From Camelus dromedarius (Eukaryota): 64,000 nucleotides of DNA. Location of the stretch: assembly GCF_036321535.1 (NCBI RefSeq), contig NC_087437.1, forward strand, positions 121,646,001 to 121,710,000. Reading direction: 5' to 3'. A program made the position numbers and the translations under genes. The notes beneath the pieces are model-generated. The model was not told the origin of the DNA and made no database searches. It was given only the letters and a program-made list of their open reading frames with translations. Of the stretch, positions 24,904 to 37,958 are shown one piece after another. Numbering within the stretch: position 1 is the stretch's first letter; the number at the start of each line of letters is the position of its first letter.

Positions 24904-27900
24904 GGATGTTTAGGGACTCATACAGAGTTCGTCTTGCTTTAAATTCTGAGAAATGCTCGAAAATCTTTTTTAGATTGTAGCAGCCCCCCAGGCTGGACAG
25001 GCAGGGTGTCCCATCAGCCAGTGGGGTAACAAGATTAGATGTCACCTCACTGTCCACACAGATGTTCTACAAGGTTGTCCTGACTCACAGAACTCTCTTC
25101 TCAATTTACCCCAAAGTGCCTCTTGTCACGTGACTGGGGGTTCACTTCCAGCTTCTACAGGAGAAGACGCACCGCAGGTGACCGGGCAGCGGTGGGTGGA
25201 CGCTCCTTCCCCACATCCTGCAGCCGACTGTGCGGATCTCCATCCACAGTACCCCTCCTCCACCTGAGTCGCCCTTGCTGGGCGTCCTCGTCCCCTCCCA
25301 CACCCAGGGCTGGGATCTGGGGAGGCAGGCTTTGTTGGATGTGTTCACACTGGTCTGTTACAAGGAGTGCTCCTGAGTCTCTTTCTCTGGCAGGAGAATG
25401 GGGGCTGGGAGAGCGGCTGGACAGCGGGCCCAGGCCGGCCCGACAGACCTCGCCAAGCCTGGGGATGCAGGCACGCGGCTCCATCTCTCAGGGCTGCGGC
25501 CCCCAGCGGCCCCCTTGCGGACTCTGGGTTCTCCCTCTGCTTGTCCTACAAACATCCCAATCCAGTCCACCCCCTCGGGGGGGGGGGGCTGCCCGGCCCC
25601 GTGGGTTGGCCAGTGGGGCCAGGAGGGCAGGTAAGAGTTCCCTCCCCGCTGAAAATAAGAGAAGAGGCTCCCCCCTCCCTTTCCAGAAGGGCTTTCTCAG
25701 TCCTTTCCAAATTTTTGTAAATCTTTTTAATGGCCGCATAATCCCTGGCCAGTCTCACAACTTAGGAATGTTTCCTGCAGGCCTGCAGCCAGCTCTCTGA
25801 GCTGCAGTTGGAGGAAGGTGACTGCACACCTCCCCTTTCCTGGGAGGGGACTCAAGCTGCAAATCCTTCTTATGTAAAAGAATCTGGTTTCTCTCTGTCT
25901 TTGTCGTGGCTTCAGCAGTCACCCGTGATATGCGACGCCTTCTGGCTCAAAAACAGTAATGTGTTTTCTCTGCTGCCTTTATGGAGAGGGTCTCTGGGTG
26001 GTTTCATTCTAGCCCCCAGGAAAGCCTCAGCAGTGGGAGGAGAGAGGTATCAAGGCATCCCCCTCCCTGGTCACTCCCTCGGGCCACAGGCCCAGGCGGA
26101 GCCCCTCCTGTTGCCACCTGCTACTGTAGCGGTCCTTGTAAACGGCCTCTGCCAGACACCCTCCCTCCTGGGTGTGTCTCCCTCTGCTGGGCACCCACCC
26201 CTCACAACCAAGGGAGCGCCTTTCCGAAGTGGTCCTGCGCTTGGTCCTGATGGTTGGAACGGCCCAGGAGACGGAGGGCCGCACAGAGAGTAAGGGGCTC
26301 CAGGCCCTGGGGCAACAGCACTCCCCTCAACCCCACCCTGCCAGCCCACCCCCGACACGCTCTGCTCGCTGGTCCTCACAGCTCCCCGGACCCTTCCCCA
26401 CTGCTCCACCCACACGCCAGGGGCCCCGGGACCCAGGACCCCACCTGTGCCTTTCTGTCGTCCAGGGCACAGACTTCCTTTCCTGTCCACACGCCCTTTG
26501 AAACCCTGATGGGTCAGCAGTCGTGACCAGCCATCCCCACTGTGGGATGGACAGTCCCAGGCAAACTCTGCCACCCTGGTCACCCAGTTGGAGCTCCACA
26601 GGAAGCCGGCCGGCTGCCTCTCAGCCTCCTCGACCAGACCCCTCCACGCAGCCTGACCACCCCTCACCTCAGGGCCCCCTCACTTCCTCGGGTCTCTGGT
26701 TATAAGGGGCAGAAGATGGAGAAAAGGACCTTCAGGAGAAGGACCACCCACACCAGCCTTGAGAGCCACGGTGGGGTACCAGCCTCACCCCATGCACACG
26801 TGCACACACACACGTACACACGCTCACACACTCAGGCACGCCCACACACGTGGATCTGGAATGAGTGGCGGGGGCGGCGTGCCCACCTGGCCAGGCGCCG
26901 TGGGAGCTGGCGCAGAAGCCCGGGAGGAGCCCGGCCGTGGGAGGAGGGCATGGCTGCTGCCGGAAATGATGGCGAGAACAGAAGTCCCGGAGACTTTGCG
27001 GGAGACTCGGGTGGGCCTGGGCTTCCCACGCAACTGGGATGCGGGCAGGGAGCCAGACAGGCTCTCAGTCTCCAAGGTCAGGACGGTGCAGCCATCTGAG
27101 CCCCAGCCCGCTGTCCAGTGCAGGCAGGGCTTGAGCTGCGCCCTCCCCCACCAGGCTGGGCCCCAGCACCCCCAGGGCTGCTCCAGTTCCCAGGCCCCCT
27201 GACCGGCCCGGCCAAGCTGCTCTGAGCCTGGAGGCTGCCAAGCGCAGCGCCCCTCCTCGCTAGCCCCGCCCCCGGCCATCACCTTACACTCTCCCCCACC
27301 CTCGGGCTTTCCCCGGCCACGGGTCACGAATGACCTGCATCCCTGGAGAACTGGGGGCGGTGGGGAGAGTCTGACTCTTCCTCCTCCTCCCGTCTGTGTG
27401 CGGCCGGTGGGCCTGCGGGAGACGCCCAGATCGCCCCTCTCCATCCCGCGGGTCTGGACCATGCCCCTCCATCTCCCCAGGCACCAGTGGGAGCCCCTCC
27501 CCTGAAGCAGCTGGCCCAGCCACGCGCCACTGCCTGCAGGTCTTATATCTCAAAGGGGACCCACTAGCAGGCCGCCCCCCTCAACCCCCTACAGGCTGCA
27601 GGCGGCAGGAGCGAGCCAGACACAGGCCCCGGGGCCAGGCAGCGCTGGGCCCCTCGGGTCGCCACCCCGTAACCCGCGCCTTGAGGTTCCCCTGCCCAGC
27701 CACGTCACAGACAAGAGCACTGTGAGAGGCAAGCCGACGCGCACAGGACTCTCGCTTCTCCCGTGGAGGACAAAGCCACGGTGTCATGGAGGTACGCGCG
27801 AGTGGCGTGCGGAAGCAGGTTGACTTTGACAGAGGGAGGGGCTCTGAGCGCTGAGGGTCCCATGGAAACTCCCCCGAACACTCAAGATACGAGGAGCTGG

Positions 27901-29599
27901 GAAGACAGCCCCCCACGTCCTCCGCCGGCCAGTCACAGACACCGAGCACCAGGGCGCAGACGGCAGCTGCTGGCCCGTCACCGCCGGTGCCGGCGAGGTC
28001 ACATTTCAAGGCACTTCTGAGGCCAGGACAGTGACTCCTGAGCTGGCGGGACAGCCCCGTGCGGGGGTCACTTGGGCATCAGTGAGTCTTTCTTTACTTT
28101 CCACTCCTGCCACCAGCTCCCTCACGGGCCCCTTTTGGGGGAATCCTCAGGGATCACACCTCTCCTGGGGGATTCTGGGCTCCTCCCCTCTCGGGGTCTC
28201 CACTCCACACTGGGTGAGGAGGCGGGAACACGCCCAGTGCTCTCCGTCTCCACCGGCTTCCGGGTGGGGCGTGGGGGGTGTCCTGTGGCCCCAGTATCTC
28301 CCCCCACCCCCAGGAGCTGGTGCCAACGCTGTGTGCTCCCACGTGAAGGGGGCTGCAGGCAGCAAAACCGAGCAGGAGCGGACGACGTGCTGGAAAACGC
28401 TTGAGCACTGAGAGCATCGTGAGTGCGGCTCTCCCGCGAGACGGGCAGCGAGCAGCTGGAGCCAAGCCGCACGGCGGGGCGACGGCTCACAGTGGTTCCG
28501 CCGGTCACCTCCATCCCCCCTCACGCGCAGGCAGGAGGGGTGGCCCCCTCCATCCCGGGTGGTTAGCAGATGGCCCTGCCCCGGGCCCTGTCTCTCGTGT
28601 CCACTGGCACAACAGTAGACTTGGCCCCGCATGGCCCAGGCTCCCAGGTGGCCCTTGGGGAGCATGGCTGGGCTAAGAGGCAAATCCCAGCTTCGTCATG
28701 ACTCTGAAAGAACGTTGCGGGGATGGGACCCTTCACCGCGTCTCCAACAGCCTTCCGCTCTCCTGGGCAGCCCGCATGCCAGCCCCAGCCTGCCCCAGCC
28801 AGGCCCCCGTGCCCCGACCGCCCGTCGCCGGGCTGTGGGGCCTCCCCAGCTCTCCCTGTCTCCTTGTTCACAGTCCTCCCTCCTCCCTCCCCTCAGCTTG
28901 GGGCTGGCCCTCGTCCCTGGGGTTGATGGCCCAGGACACGTCTAATTGATGGTCAGTGAAAACGCTGATGGGGTGATTTTGTCTGCCTGCGGCCCCGAGA
29001 CGCTCCAGGCACCTTCTCACGGGTTCCCCGTGTAATGAGAAAAAAGCTAGAATTGGGACGTTCAGACTTTGGCCGGCCTCCACGCATTGTTCATGCTTCA
29101 GCTCCCAACTTCCTTTGGTTCCAAATGAGCAGAAGTTCGTGAAGTCTGTTTACCCCATAGCAGGGCAAATGGCCCGTGTGATGCACATTCCGGCCGCTTC
29201 CTTCTGGATGTGTTATCCGGACATCCACTCTTTCAGTCCTAGAGGCCAAGAAATTTCCATCTGCTCAGAATAGACAATTTAAAACACATCCTGACCGAAA
29301 GGAACTTATGACTCAGCAGAGTCCCCACGAGTGACTCACCAGTGTTGAGTAAATCTGGCCGTGACGCTTCTGGCACAACGCTCCTTCCTTTATTCACTCG
29401 CGGACTCCTCGCCAAGTGGCCGCTGGGGGCCAGGCACCATGTGGAGTGGCCCAGAAAGTCCCCATTCCCAGGAGTGCATAGTCCGGTGAGGGGAGAAGCC
29501 GGACAGTAATCATGAGTCCAGCTGTGGTCAGGGCTGGGGCCAGCGTGGGGAGTGGGGAGCTGGACCAGGCACCCGGGGCAAAATCCAAGCGGGCCGCCC

Positions 29600-30140
29600 T
29601 CCGGTCCGGCCCCCGCTGCACCGCCCAAGGGGCACGTCCTCACGTCCTGTTCCTCGTGGGTGGCTGCTGCCAGCCGACTGTAGCCCTGCGAGGTGCGCGT
29701 GTCAGTGCCCGACTGTGTGCAGCAGTCTGCTCATTGCTGCCCAGCCTCCCATAGGACGGACACACAGCCACGCCACCGTGGACGCTGGAGTTGCTTCCTG
29801 CCTGCAGGATTATGGCCCTGCTGCTGTGAAAAATCTCGCGTGTCTTTGGGTGAACTTGATAGGCACCTCCGTGGGACACACACCAGGGAGCGGAATCGCT
29901 GGTTACTGGTGTGAAAAGTCCCACCTTAGAGGAGGGTGACCCCTCATCCCCCGGAGTGGCTGGAACCGTCTGCCCGTCCAGCCGCGCTCTGTGAGGGCTC
30001 CAGGCTTCCCACGTGCTTGTCAACACCCGGAATTGTCCGTCGTTCCGTTTTAGCCACTCTGGTAGGACGGTGTTTCGTGGTCTGACGTGAGTTTCCCTGA
30101 GTCACGAGGCTGAGTGCCTCCACGTGTCTGTGGGTCTCCC
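29600..30140 (-). mobile_element. Old L1 ORF2 3' region, antisense, GC-eroded
   Basis: 'ctgctgtgaaaaatctcgcgtgtcttt...acaccagggagcggaatcgctgg...cttgtcaacacccggaattgtc...ttttagccactctggtagg'. Confidence 0.7.
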
Positions 30141-30967
30141 CCAGGGGAGGGACCGTTCAAGTCCATGGCCACACGTCTACCGGGCCGTGCCCCTGGGTCT
30201 GGATCCGGAAGCGCTCTCCACGTGCCCTCCCCACAAAGCCCCCGTTGGCTCCGCTCGCTCGGAAGGTCACACTTTCCGTGAGGTCTTCATGACGCACACC
30301 TTCCCTGGCCCGTTTAGGAGACCGTGATTTTATGTCTCCTCTCGCCATGTCCCTAAATCTTCGTTGTTTGACCTTTCAGCCTTAGAGCAACCGTCCGCCT
30401 GGAATTGCCGTGTGAGCGTGACGTGCAGCGAGGCGCCATCTGAGGACAAGACCCCCCGCCCCGCCCTGCGTGTCCCCCCCACCGCCCCCGTGACACGGCC
30501 CCGCTCGGCGCGGAGCGGCCCTGGCTTCCTTGCAGCCCGTGACTGAGCGGCACGTTTCTGCGTCTCTGCCTCCACCCTGCTGGGATTCGAGATGGATCCC
30601 CGACACGCAGGGTGCCCGAGGTCTTGTTTCCCTTCTTCCTCCGGTCTGACAGGTTTTGCTCGGTCGGCCTCAGTGGGATTCTGACGTACCTGGAGCTGCG
30701 GCCGCTGCCCTCCATTTGTCTCCTCTGCTCTGTGTCCCTTCTCTCTCAGTCCCTTAATTATCCTCTTTTTAAAACGTTACTGCCTTTAAAGTTATCCCAC
30801 ACTCTCCTCTCTGTCCTGCTTGCGTGCGTTCTGGCTGCCCTGCGCACGCACCCCCCTCCCCTGAGAGCACAGCGAGTCTCGGGGACGGTCGCGCGTCTAA
30901 CGGAAGTTGGTGCCTTTGCTTCCTCCAGACGGTGCGGAGCCGTGACCTCCTGAGTCCCACTCGAGCC

Positions 30968-31487
30968 CTGGGAGCAGAGTGGCCCCCGCCCCGGATGCCC
31001 ACGCTCCAGTCCCCAGAGCCCATGAACGTGTTACCTTCGTACATGGTTGTGTCTAAGGTTTCGGCTCTAAAGATGCAGAGGCTGTGCTGGGTCACCTGAG
31101 TGGGTCCCACCCAAGCGTGGGGGCCTGGGAGCAGAGGACCGTCTCTGGCTTCAGTCAGACATTCAGAGCAGGAGAGGGGACTCGGCGTGTGCTGCTGGTT
31201 TGGGGACAGAGGGACGGTGACAAGCAGAGCCGAGCCGATTCCAGAAAGGAAGGGGACATCAGCCCTGCTCTGGGGGGACCTGAGCTCTGCCGGCAAGAGT
31301 GAGCCTGGATGGGACAGTCCCCCCAAGGCCTGGGACGGGAGCGGCCCAGCCGAGCCTCGACCCTGGCCGTGCCAGACCCAGCTGAGCCGCCCCAACCTTG
31401 GGCCTTCGAACTGTGAGATGAGGAGCTCTCGCTGTTTTCAGCCACATCCTTGTGGTGGCTTCTCACACAGCGGCAGGATACAGACAC
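30968..31487 (+). mobile_element. MaLR LTR (MLT1D-like)
   Basis: 'ccatgaacgtgttacctt...aaggaaggggacatcagccct...gaactgtgagatga...gctgttttcagccac...ttgtggtggcttctcacacagcggcagga'. Confidence 0.75.
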
Positions 31488-31779
31488 CCCGCCGCCTGCC
31501 TTTTCTCGGCTGCAACCACGACACTGAGCTGCACAGGCATCTAGGCCCACGGCGCTCCCGGCGGCGTCTCCAAGCTGTGCCCGCGCCCCCTCCCGTTTCC
31601 ACGTGGCTCTACATGTCGTCACCAGGAAGGCCCAGGACCTCTCAGCTCAGGCCCGCTGGAGACAAACTCCCTCCCGTTTTGTGTGTCTGAAAATGTCTTC
31701 AGTTTGCTCACATTTTTGCAGGTATTTTTGCTGTAAGCCACTTGCTAATTGTACAATAATGTAAATTAGGATGTTGTTA

Positions 31780-32860
31780 ACTCTCAGCCCAAAGAATAAA
31801 TAAATGCCCATGAGTCCATGTGGATTTAGATAAAGGCCAAGCATATAAACAAGCAAGGGAGAAGGGGCAACTCCTCCTCACAGTGAAACACCTGCTACTA
31901 AATGTAGAAGGAATTCGGGAAACGGGGACTCAGCGTTGTGACCCTCCGGTACGACTGCCGCAGCCAGGCTGTACTTGCGCTGAAAGCTAAAACCAAAAAT
32001 CAAAAAGAAAGGAAGAAATTCACTGCATTAGAAGCAAGAGAGGTTGAACAGTATCTGACTAATTTAGGCTTGGCCTTCTGGGAGAGCCAAGTGACTTCTG
32101 AAAGAAAACAAAGTCAGCGATGGGACTAGGGTTGTTTGAGTGAGTAGTCTGCATTAAAAAAGAAGCTAGAATCAGTGGTCAGACCCTCACAGCAAAGCAG
32201 GATATTTGCACAGTTCAGCTGTCAAGCACGGTGGAGGCTCGCTGTGGGTCTGTCCCAAGACAGAGCGGGCGCCCCTCCCCGAGTGTGGGCTGCACGCGGC
32301 AGCACGGAAGGGGGAATGAGAGATTGTGTGCTGGAGACGCCGGCAGAGCCCCCGCCCGAGGGCCAAGTTTGACATCCCCGGCAATAAGGGACCCTGCTGC
32401 CCTGGTCCTCCGGTGTCATGTGCTGAGTGGTGGCCTTTCCGTAATCCGTCACCCCGCCATGATCGCGGGCACATGTCAGACAAACCCCCATGAGGGTCAG
32501 TCTGTGAGATCCCTAACCGCACTTCCCAGGAGCGCCCGGGTCACGGAACGCAGGAGAGGCTGAGAAACCGTCCCAGACTGGAGGAGGCTGAGGAGGTCCG
32601 ACAGCAAGTGCGTGTAAGAGCCCAGAACAGAAAGAGGACATCAGTGAGCAGCGGGCGGAATCCCAGCAGAGTCTGTTGCTCAGTTCACAACGTCGTGTCA
32701 GGGACCGTTTCTCAGTTTCAGCCATCGCGCCGGGTGATGTAACGTGTCGACATCGGGGTGCCCAGTGAAGGGGACATGGGGACACTTGGTGCTACTTCTG
32801 CAACTCTTCTTAGGATAGAATCTAAAGTTATCTCAAAATGAAAAGTTAAATAAATTAAAA
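31780..32860 (+). mobile_element. Old L1 3' end (L1MC3/4-like), fragmented
   Basis: 'ataaatgcccatgagtccat', 'tcagacaaacccc', 'gagaaaccgtcccagactggaggag', 'cttctgcaactcttc...tctaaagttatctcaaaatgaaaagtt'. Confidence 0.7.
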
Positions 32861-35800
32861 CCGCAAAACAATCCTCGGTTCGACCTGATTTTCTTTAAAG
32901 GCCTTGTTCCATTGTCTTCTGACTTCCATTGCTCCCTTAGAGAAGGCAGCCACGAGCTTGGTTTCCTTTGAAAGCAGTTGCCTTTCTTCCTGCTTTTAAG
33001 ATTTTCTGTCTCGGTTTTCGGCAGTCTGGCTCCGAGGCACGTGGGTGTGCTCTCCTCGCGTTTCCTCCCTCTTGCCTGGGCTTGCTGGCAGGCAGGGGTG
33101 CGCTGGTGGAGGACTCGGCTGCTGCAGGGCCCCCTCCTCTCTCAGACCAGCCCGGGCGCCGTCTAACGGCGGTGGCGGAGGTGCCAGACGGACACGCCCA
33201 GCTGAACACGTGCCCCGCGGGCTTCTGCCTGCACCGCACTTGCCAACGGCCCATTGGCCAGAGAGTCACACGGCTGGGCCGGTGTCGGGATAAAGGGACC
33301 CCAAGTCACACGGCGAAGGCGAGGACCCTGGGTGGTGAGTGTGGTCTGCCACTTCCATCCGCTCACCTCGCCCTCAGAGCGGCCCTGGGACAGGTGTTAC
33401 CACACACTGTGGCTCCACAGAGGAGTTAGGTGGTGCCCACCGCACACACCAGTCTGGAGCAGGGCGGGGACCCAAGACCCCAGCCCCTCTCCCCACCCTC
33501 TGTGAGGGTCACACCCAAAATGGCCAGTTGAAAATGGCCACCCTTGCTTCATCCAAGTCCAAGTGTGAGGCCCCCACTCCCTCAACTTCCGCCGTCCCTT
33601 TTCAAACCGAGACCCTGGCAGCAGCATGCGGAACCTCTGGGTGGTCCTCACAAGGGACCCGCCCCCTTGGCTGGCCACGAACCCACACGCCTGCAGCACT
33701 CATGGCCTGAGGGTCAGGTCAGTGGATGTAAGAAGGGACAAGGCTCCACTGGTCCCCTCTCCAGGTCTGTGGTCCCTGCCCCTACCTGGCCTGGGCCAGT
33801 AGAGCCCTCAGTGTGGGTTTGGCTGTGGACCCCTCCCCACCGGAGCCCCTCATGATGGGTGGGGAACTCGGGAAGGGCCTGGCCAGCCACGTGGCCGGAG
33901 CCCCTGAGCTGAAGGCTGAGAGGCTGTGGGATGCAGGCCCCACTGTGGCCACTGCTCCAGAGCCCGGCCTGGCCTCCCACGGGACAGGGCGTCTGTCAGC
34001 CCAGTCACCCCATCCGCTGTCCCTGATGGATCCTGCCCCTCAGGAGGGGCCCAGCTCCTTGGCCACCAATTCCAATCAGCAATCCCTGGGAAAGGGGGCG
34101 GACCTGGGTGAGGAATCTGGGGAGATCCGAGGACCCCAGGAGGGCGGCACGTCCTCAGGACAGGACCCCCGGGCCCAGCCTGGGATGAGGCCCAGGGAAC
34201 ACACACGGGGCCACCGTGAGGGCAGGGCCCCTCCTTGGGGCGTAGGGGCCTCCGGGTGGGGAACAGCAGGTGTGGGGCGTCGGGACAGGGCCCCCCAGGC
34301 CAGAGGGAGCACTCCACTCAGAAGCATGGAAACCCGCCCAGGTTCTGAGCGGCTCGCGGTGGAGACGCGGAAGGCCCGGATGTGTGGCCTCCGCGGAAAG
34401 CCCCTCCTGCGACGGGCTGTGGAGGGGCCGGGGTGGGAGGGGCCGTCGTTCTCCTCCCGTTCATCACCGACACTTGGGTTCATTATTGTGTTCTCTCTGA
34501 CATCGCCTGGAGCCAATGTTTATTTGTTAAAGGAAAGCACACAGTGAAGCATTTGCTTTGTTACAAAGGAAAAGCCACATTCCAGGAAACACACAAAGGC
34601 CTTTACCCACCGAGGAGACGGTAAAGGGGAGCCCCCACCCCATCCCGCTCCCCACCTGAGAGCGCAGACGCCCAAGTCGGACCGAAGAAAGAGGCTCCGG
34701 CAGCCCCGGCGTCTCCAGTCCCTCCCTCAAGACTCAGAGGAGGAAGAAAGTCCTCATCAACAAACGCGTCACCCGAGCTGGACTCTTACTGGAAAGTTAA
34801 ACTGACCACGTGGAAGGGCCCCCGACAACCCCCGCTCGAGGGCACCATCCTGGGGCCCATTCCGGGCACCCCGGGCCATTTTCACCCCAGGACCACGGAC
34901 CAGAGGACGGAGGCTGCCGGGACCTCCGGACCCCAGCTGGGCAGGACGGTGGGGCTGCGGTCTGAGCCCCTGCCAGGCTCACAGCGCTGGCTCCCTGAGA
35001 GGGCCTGACCCCGACCCCACCCAAATCCCCCACGCCCTCCCCCAGACCACCCACCTCCGCCCTCCCAGGGGCCAGGTGAGGGACCCCGCCACTCAGGTCA
35101 CAGAAACTGGCAGAGCGTCCCTGAGAGACCTGCCGCCCGCTCCTTGGCCTCCGAGCTGGCCGGGCCCCGGTCACTCTTTAGTCCTGTACCGCCCACCGCA
35201 GAGTCCGCCCTGATTCCTGCAGCGAGAGGGCTGGGAGCTGTGGCCTCCCCACTCAGGACACCTGTCGACCCCTCGGCTTTGCCCCTGACCCCACCCCATC
35301 TCCACATCCCTTCCCTGAGCCCGTCCGTCCACCTGCTGACCTGTGTCCTCGCACGCACCTCCCCAACCCCCTCAGACCCAACAGACCCAAACCTGCCCCC
35401 CGTCTGCCCTCAGTCCGGCGTCTGCCCACCTGACTGCACAACCTCGGACACGTCGGCCCCTCAGGCCAGCGGCCCACCGGGGAGGTGAGGACACCGGGGG
35501 TCACACAACCACAGGCTGCAGACCCCCAGTGGCCACAGAGCAGGGTCGGGGCCTGGGCCAGCTTGCTCCAGAGCCCCTCGACAGACCCCTCAAATGGACC
35601 TGGGATTTCCACTGGGCGCAGGGGTGTTCATTTCCCCTTCTGTCTCCCCGACTTCGCCTCTCAGTCAGTGAGCTTCAGCGTCCTGGTGCCTGTGCTGGCC
35701 TGGAAACACCCCTGTGAGCCCTGGACGCCAGCCCCAGCTCTTCCCGACACCCACCTGTCGTCCGTAATCTGTCTGTCACCATCCACCCGTCTGTGCACAC

Positions 35801-37520
35801 TCTCATGATCACGCTCGCTGTCACTGTTGCTGCTCTGTCGTGACAGGGAAGCGAGCATTTTCTCCCAGACACCTCGCCTCCTGCAACCCTGAGGAATCGA
35901 TTCGCCAGAAGAGGAAACTGTGCACCAGTGGCAAGGTGAGCTGGCTCTCCCATGTGTCCTCGGGGGCCCCGGACACCCAGGGCCCAGACGCCTCCCGTCC
36001 CCCTGCTCCCCGTCAGACAGGTGGGTCGGCCCCTTGCCCCCTGTGCCCCACTTGGCCTGGCCCCCAGGTTGGGGGGAGGCCTGGCTGAGGTTATTGGTCG
36101 GGGGCCCTCCGGCTGGGACGGAGGAGACAGGACGGGGCCAGGTGAGGGTGGGTCACAGCTGCAGAACGCAGCCCAGCATCACCCAGGACTCCGGCTCGCC
36201 CCGCAGGGGCCCTGCAGCAACCCCCCCACGGTGGGGGAGGGACGCCGCCTTGCTGCCCCTCCCCCACCCCAGTCAGGGCCCCCCCAGGGATGATGGCCCA
36301 GCTTCCAGGGCACCTCAGCCGCCCCTTGTGAAGCCAGATGGCCCTCCCCTCTCGCGGCTGTTGTTCTGGAAGTGGAGGGGGCGGCCCCCCCACTAGCTCC
36401 CACGGCTGGAGGTGGGGACGCACAGGCCTGGGAGCACCTGCCAAGGCAGCCGCAGGGTCCTGGGCTGGGGGTCTCCCTGAGCAAAGACCAGGCTCTCAGG
36501 GCCTGATGCGGCCCACGAAACGGTTCAACACGTCAGCCCAGGAACCAAGCGGGGCCCAGGCACCTCTCCTCCAGAGACTCCCCAGTGTGCCATCTGCCCA
36601 CGTCCACCTCAGACCCACACAGTCCCCATCACTGATCCCCGGGTCCCAGCAAACAGGAGAGGAGGCTCGCGGGAAGGAAGGACACACGGATTCACCCCAG
36701 GACCAGAGAAGCACAGGAGTCCACTGGCAGAGGCCAGTGGTGGGCAGTCAGCCCGATTCAGGGTAACTGGGAGCAAGATGACCCCCCCCGGCCCTGCAGC
36801 CCAGCCCCTTCTGTCACAGTGCGGGGCCCCCTGTGGCCTGGTCCACACCTAGAGCTTCCCCATTCGTGTGTCCCCCACGGTCTTGATGCAGGGGAGACCC
36901 AACTCACCCCAAGGACGGGACACAGGCCCCGCTCCCTCGGGGACCAAAGAGGGAGGGTCCTGGCTCTTGCTGCCTCCTGCTGGTCACCACGCAGCAGGTG
37001 GACGTCCTGCGGCCGGTAGATGTCTGGTCACACAGGCCCCTGGGGCAAAGGGATGAGCCTCAAATTGAAGGCGGGGGTGGGGGTGGCATATAGAGGACGC
37101 AGAGATGGAGCAGCTCAGCCAGGCGGTGAGCCGCGCCTGCGGTGACAGGAACCAGAGTCCTTGATGGAAACACACAGCCCTGGTCCAAGTCAGGGACCCT
37201 GTGTGACAATAAGGCCGCAGCAGACGCTCACTTGTCTTCCAGAGACGAGGCAGAGGGCAGTAAGGCACGCACAGGCACGGGAACCAGCGTGTCCCCGCCC
37301 CCCGGGGTGTCCTGCCACTGAGAGACACACCGGAGGCTTCAGGAGGAGCCTGGCTTCCCGTGGTGGCCAGAGCTAACTACCCTCCTCGGGCCCCACAGGA
37401 AGTGGCTGCTGAGTGGCCTGGGTGTCTGCCCTCCCTGGTGGAGGACAGGGGAGTGAGCAGCCCTGCGGGGACGTCCTCAGTCACGATAAGACCCCAGCAA
37501 TCCAGTTGAACCATAAGAGA

Positions 37521-37958
37521 TGCTCAGTGAAAAGTGTCCCCAAAGACCCCAAGCCCTGCCCCGTGGGCCCACGAACACGCGTTTACTCGGAAAAGGAGTC
37601 TCCGCAGATGGGATTGAGTTAAGGGTCTTGAGACGGGGAGACCCCCCTGGATTGGCCAGCTGGGCCCTAAACGCTGTCTCGAGTGACTTGGGGAAGGGAG
37701 GCAGAGGGAGCAGTGACAGAGAGGCGGGGCCACATGACCACAGAGGGAGGCAGGGGAAGGTGGGGCCTCGGCCACATGCCCGGGGCCGCCAGGAGCTGGG
37801 GAAGCCCGAAGGGCCGACCCGGGAGCCTCGGAGACAGCTGGGCTCTGAGACACCTCGAGTTTAGACTTCCGGCCGCCAGAAAGTGAAACAGTGAATTTCT
37901 GTTGTTCCAAGTCACCCTGTTAGTAACAACTTGTTGCAGCAGCTCCCAGACCCTCACA
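37521..37958 (+). mobile_element. MaLR LTR (MLT1C-like)
   Basis: 'ggaaaaggagtctccgcagatgggattgagttaagggtcttgagacgggga...gggccctaaa...ttagacttccggccgccagaa...gaatttctgttgttccaag'. Confidence 0.82.
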
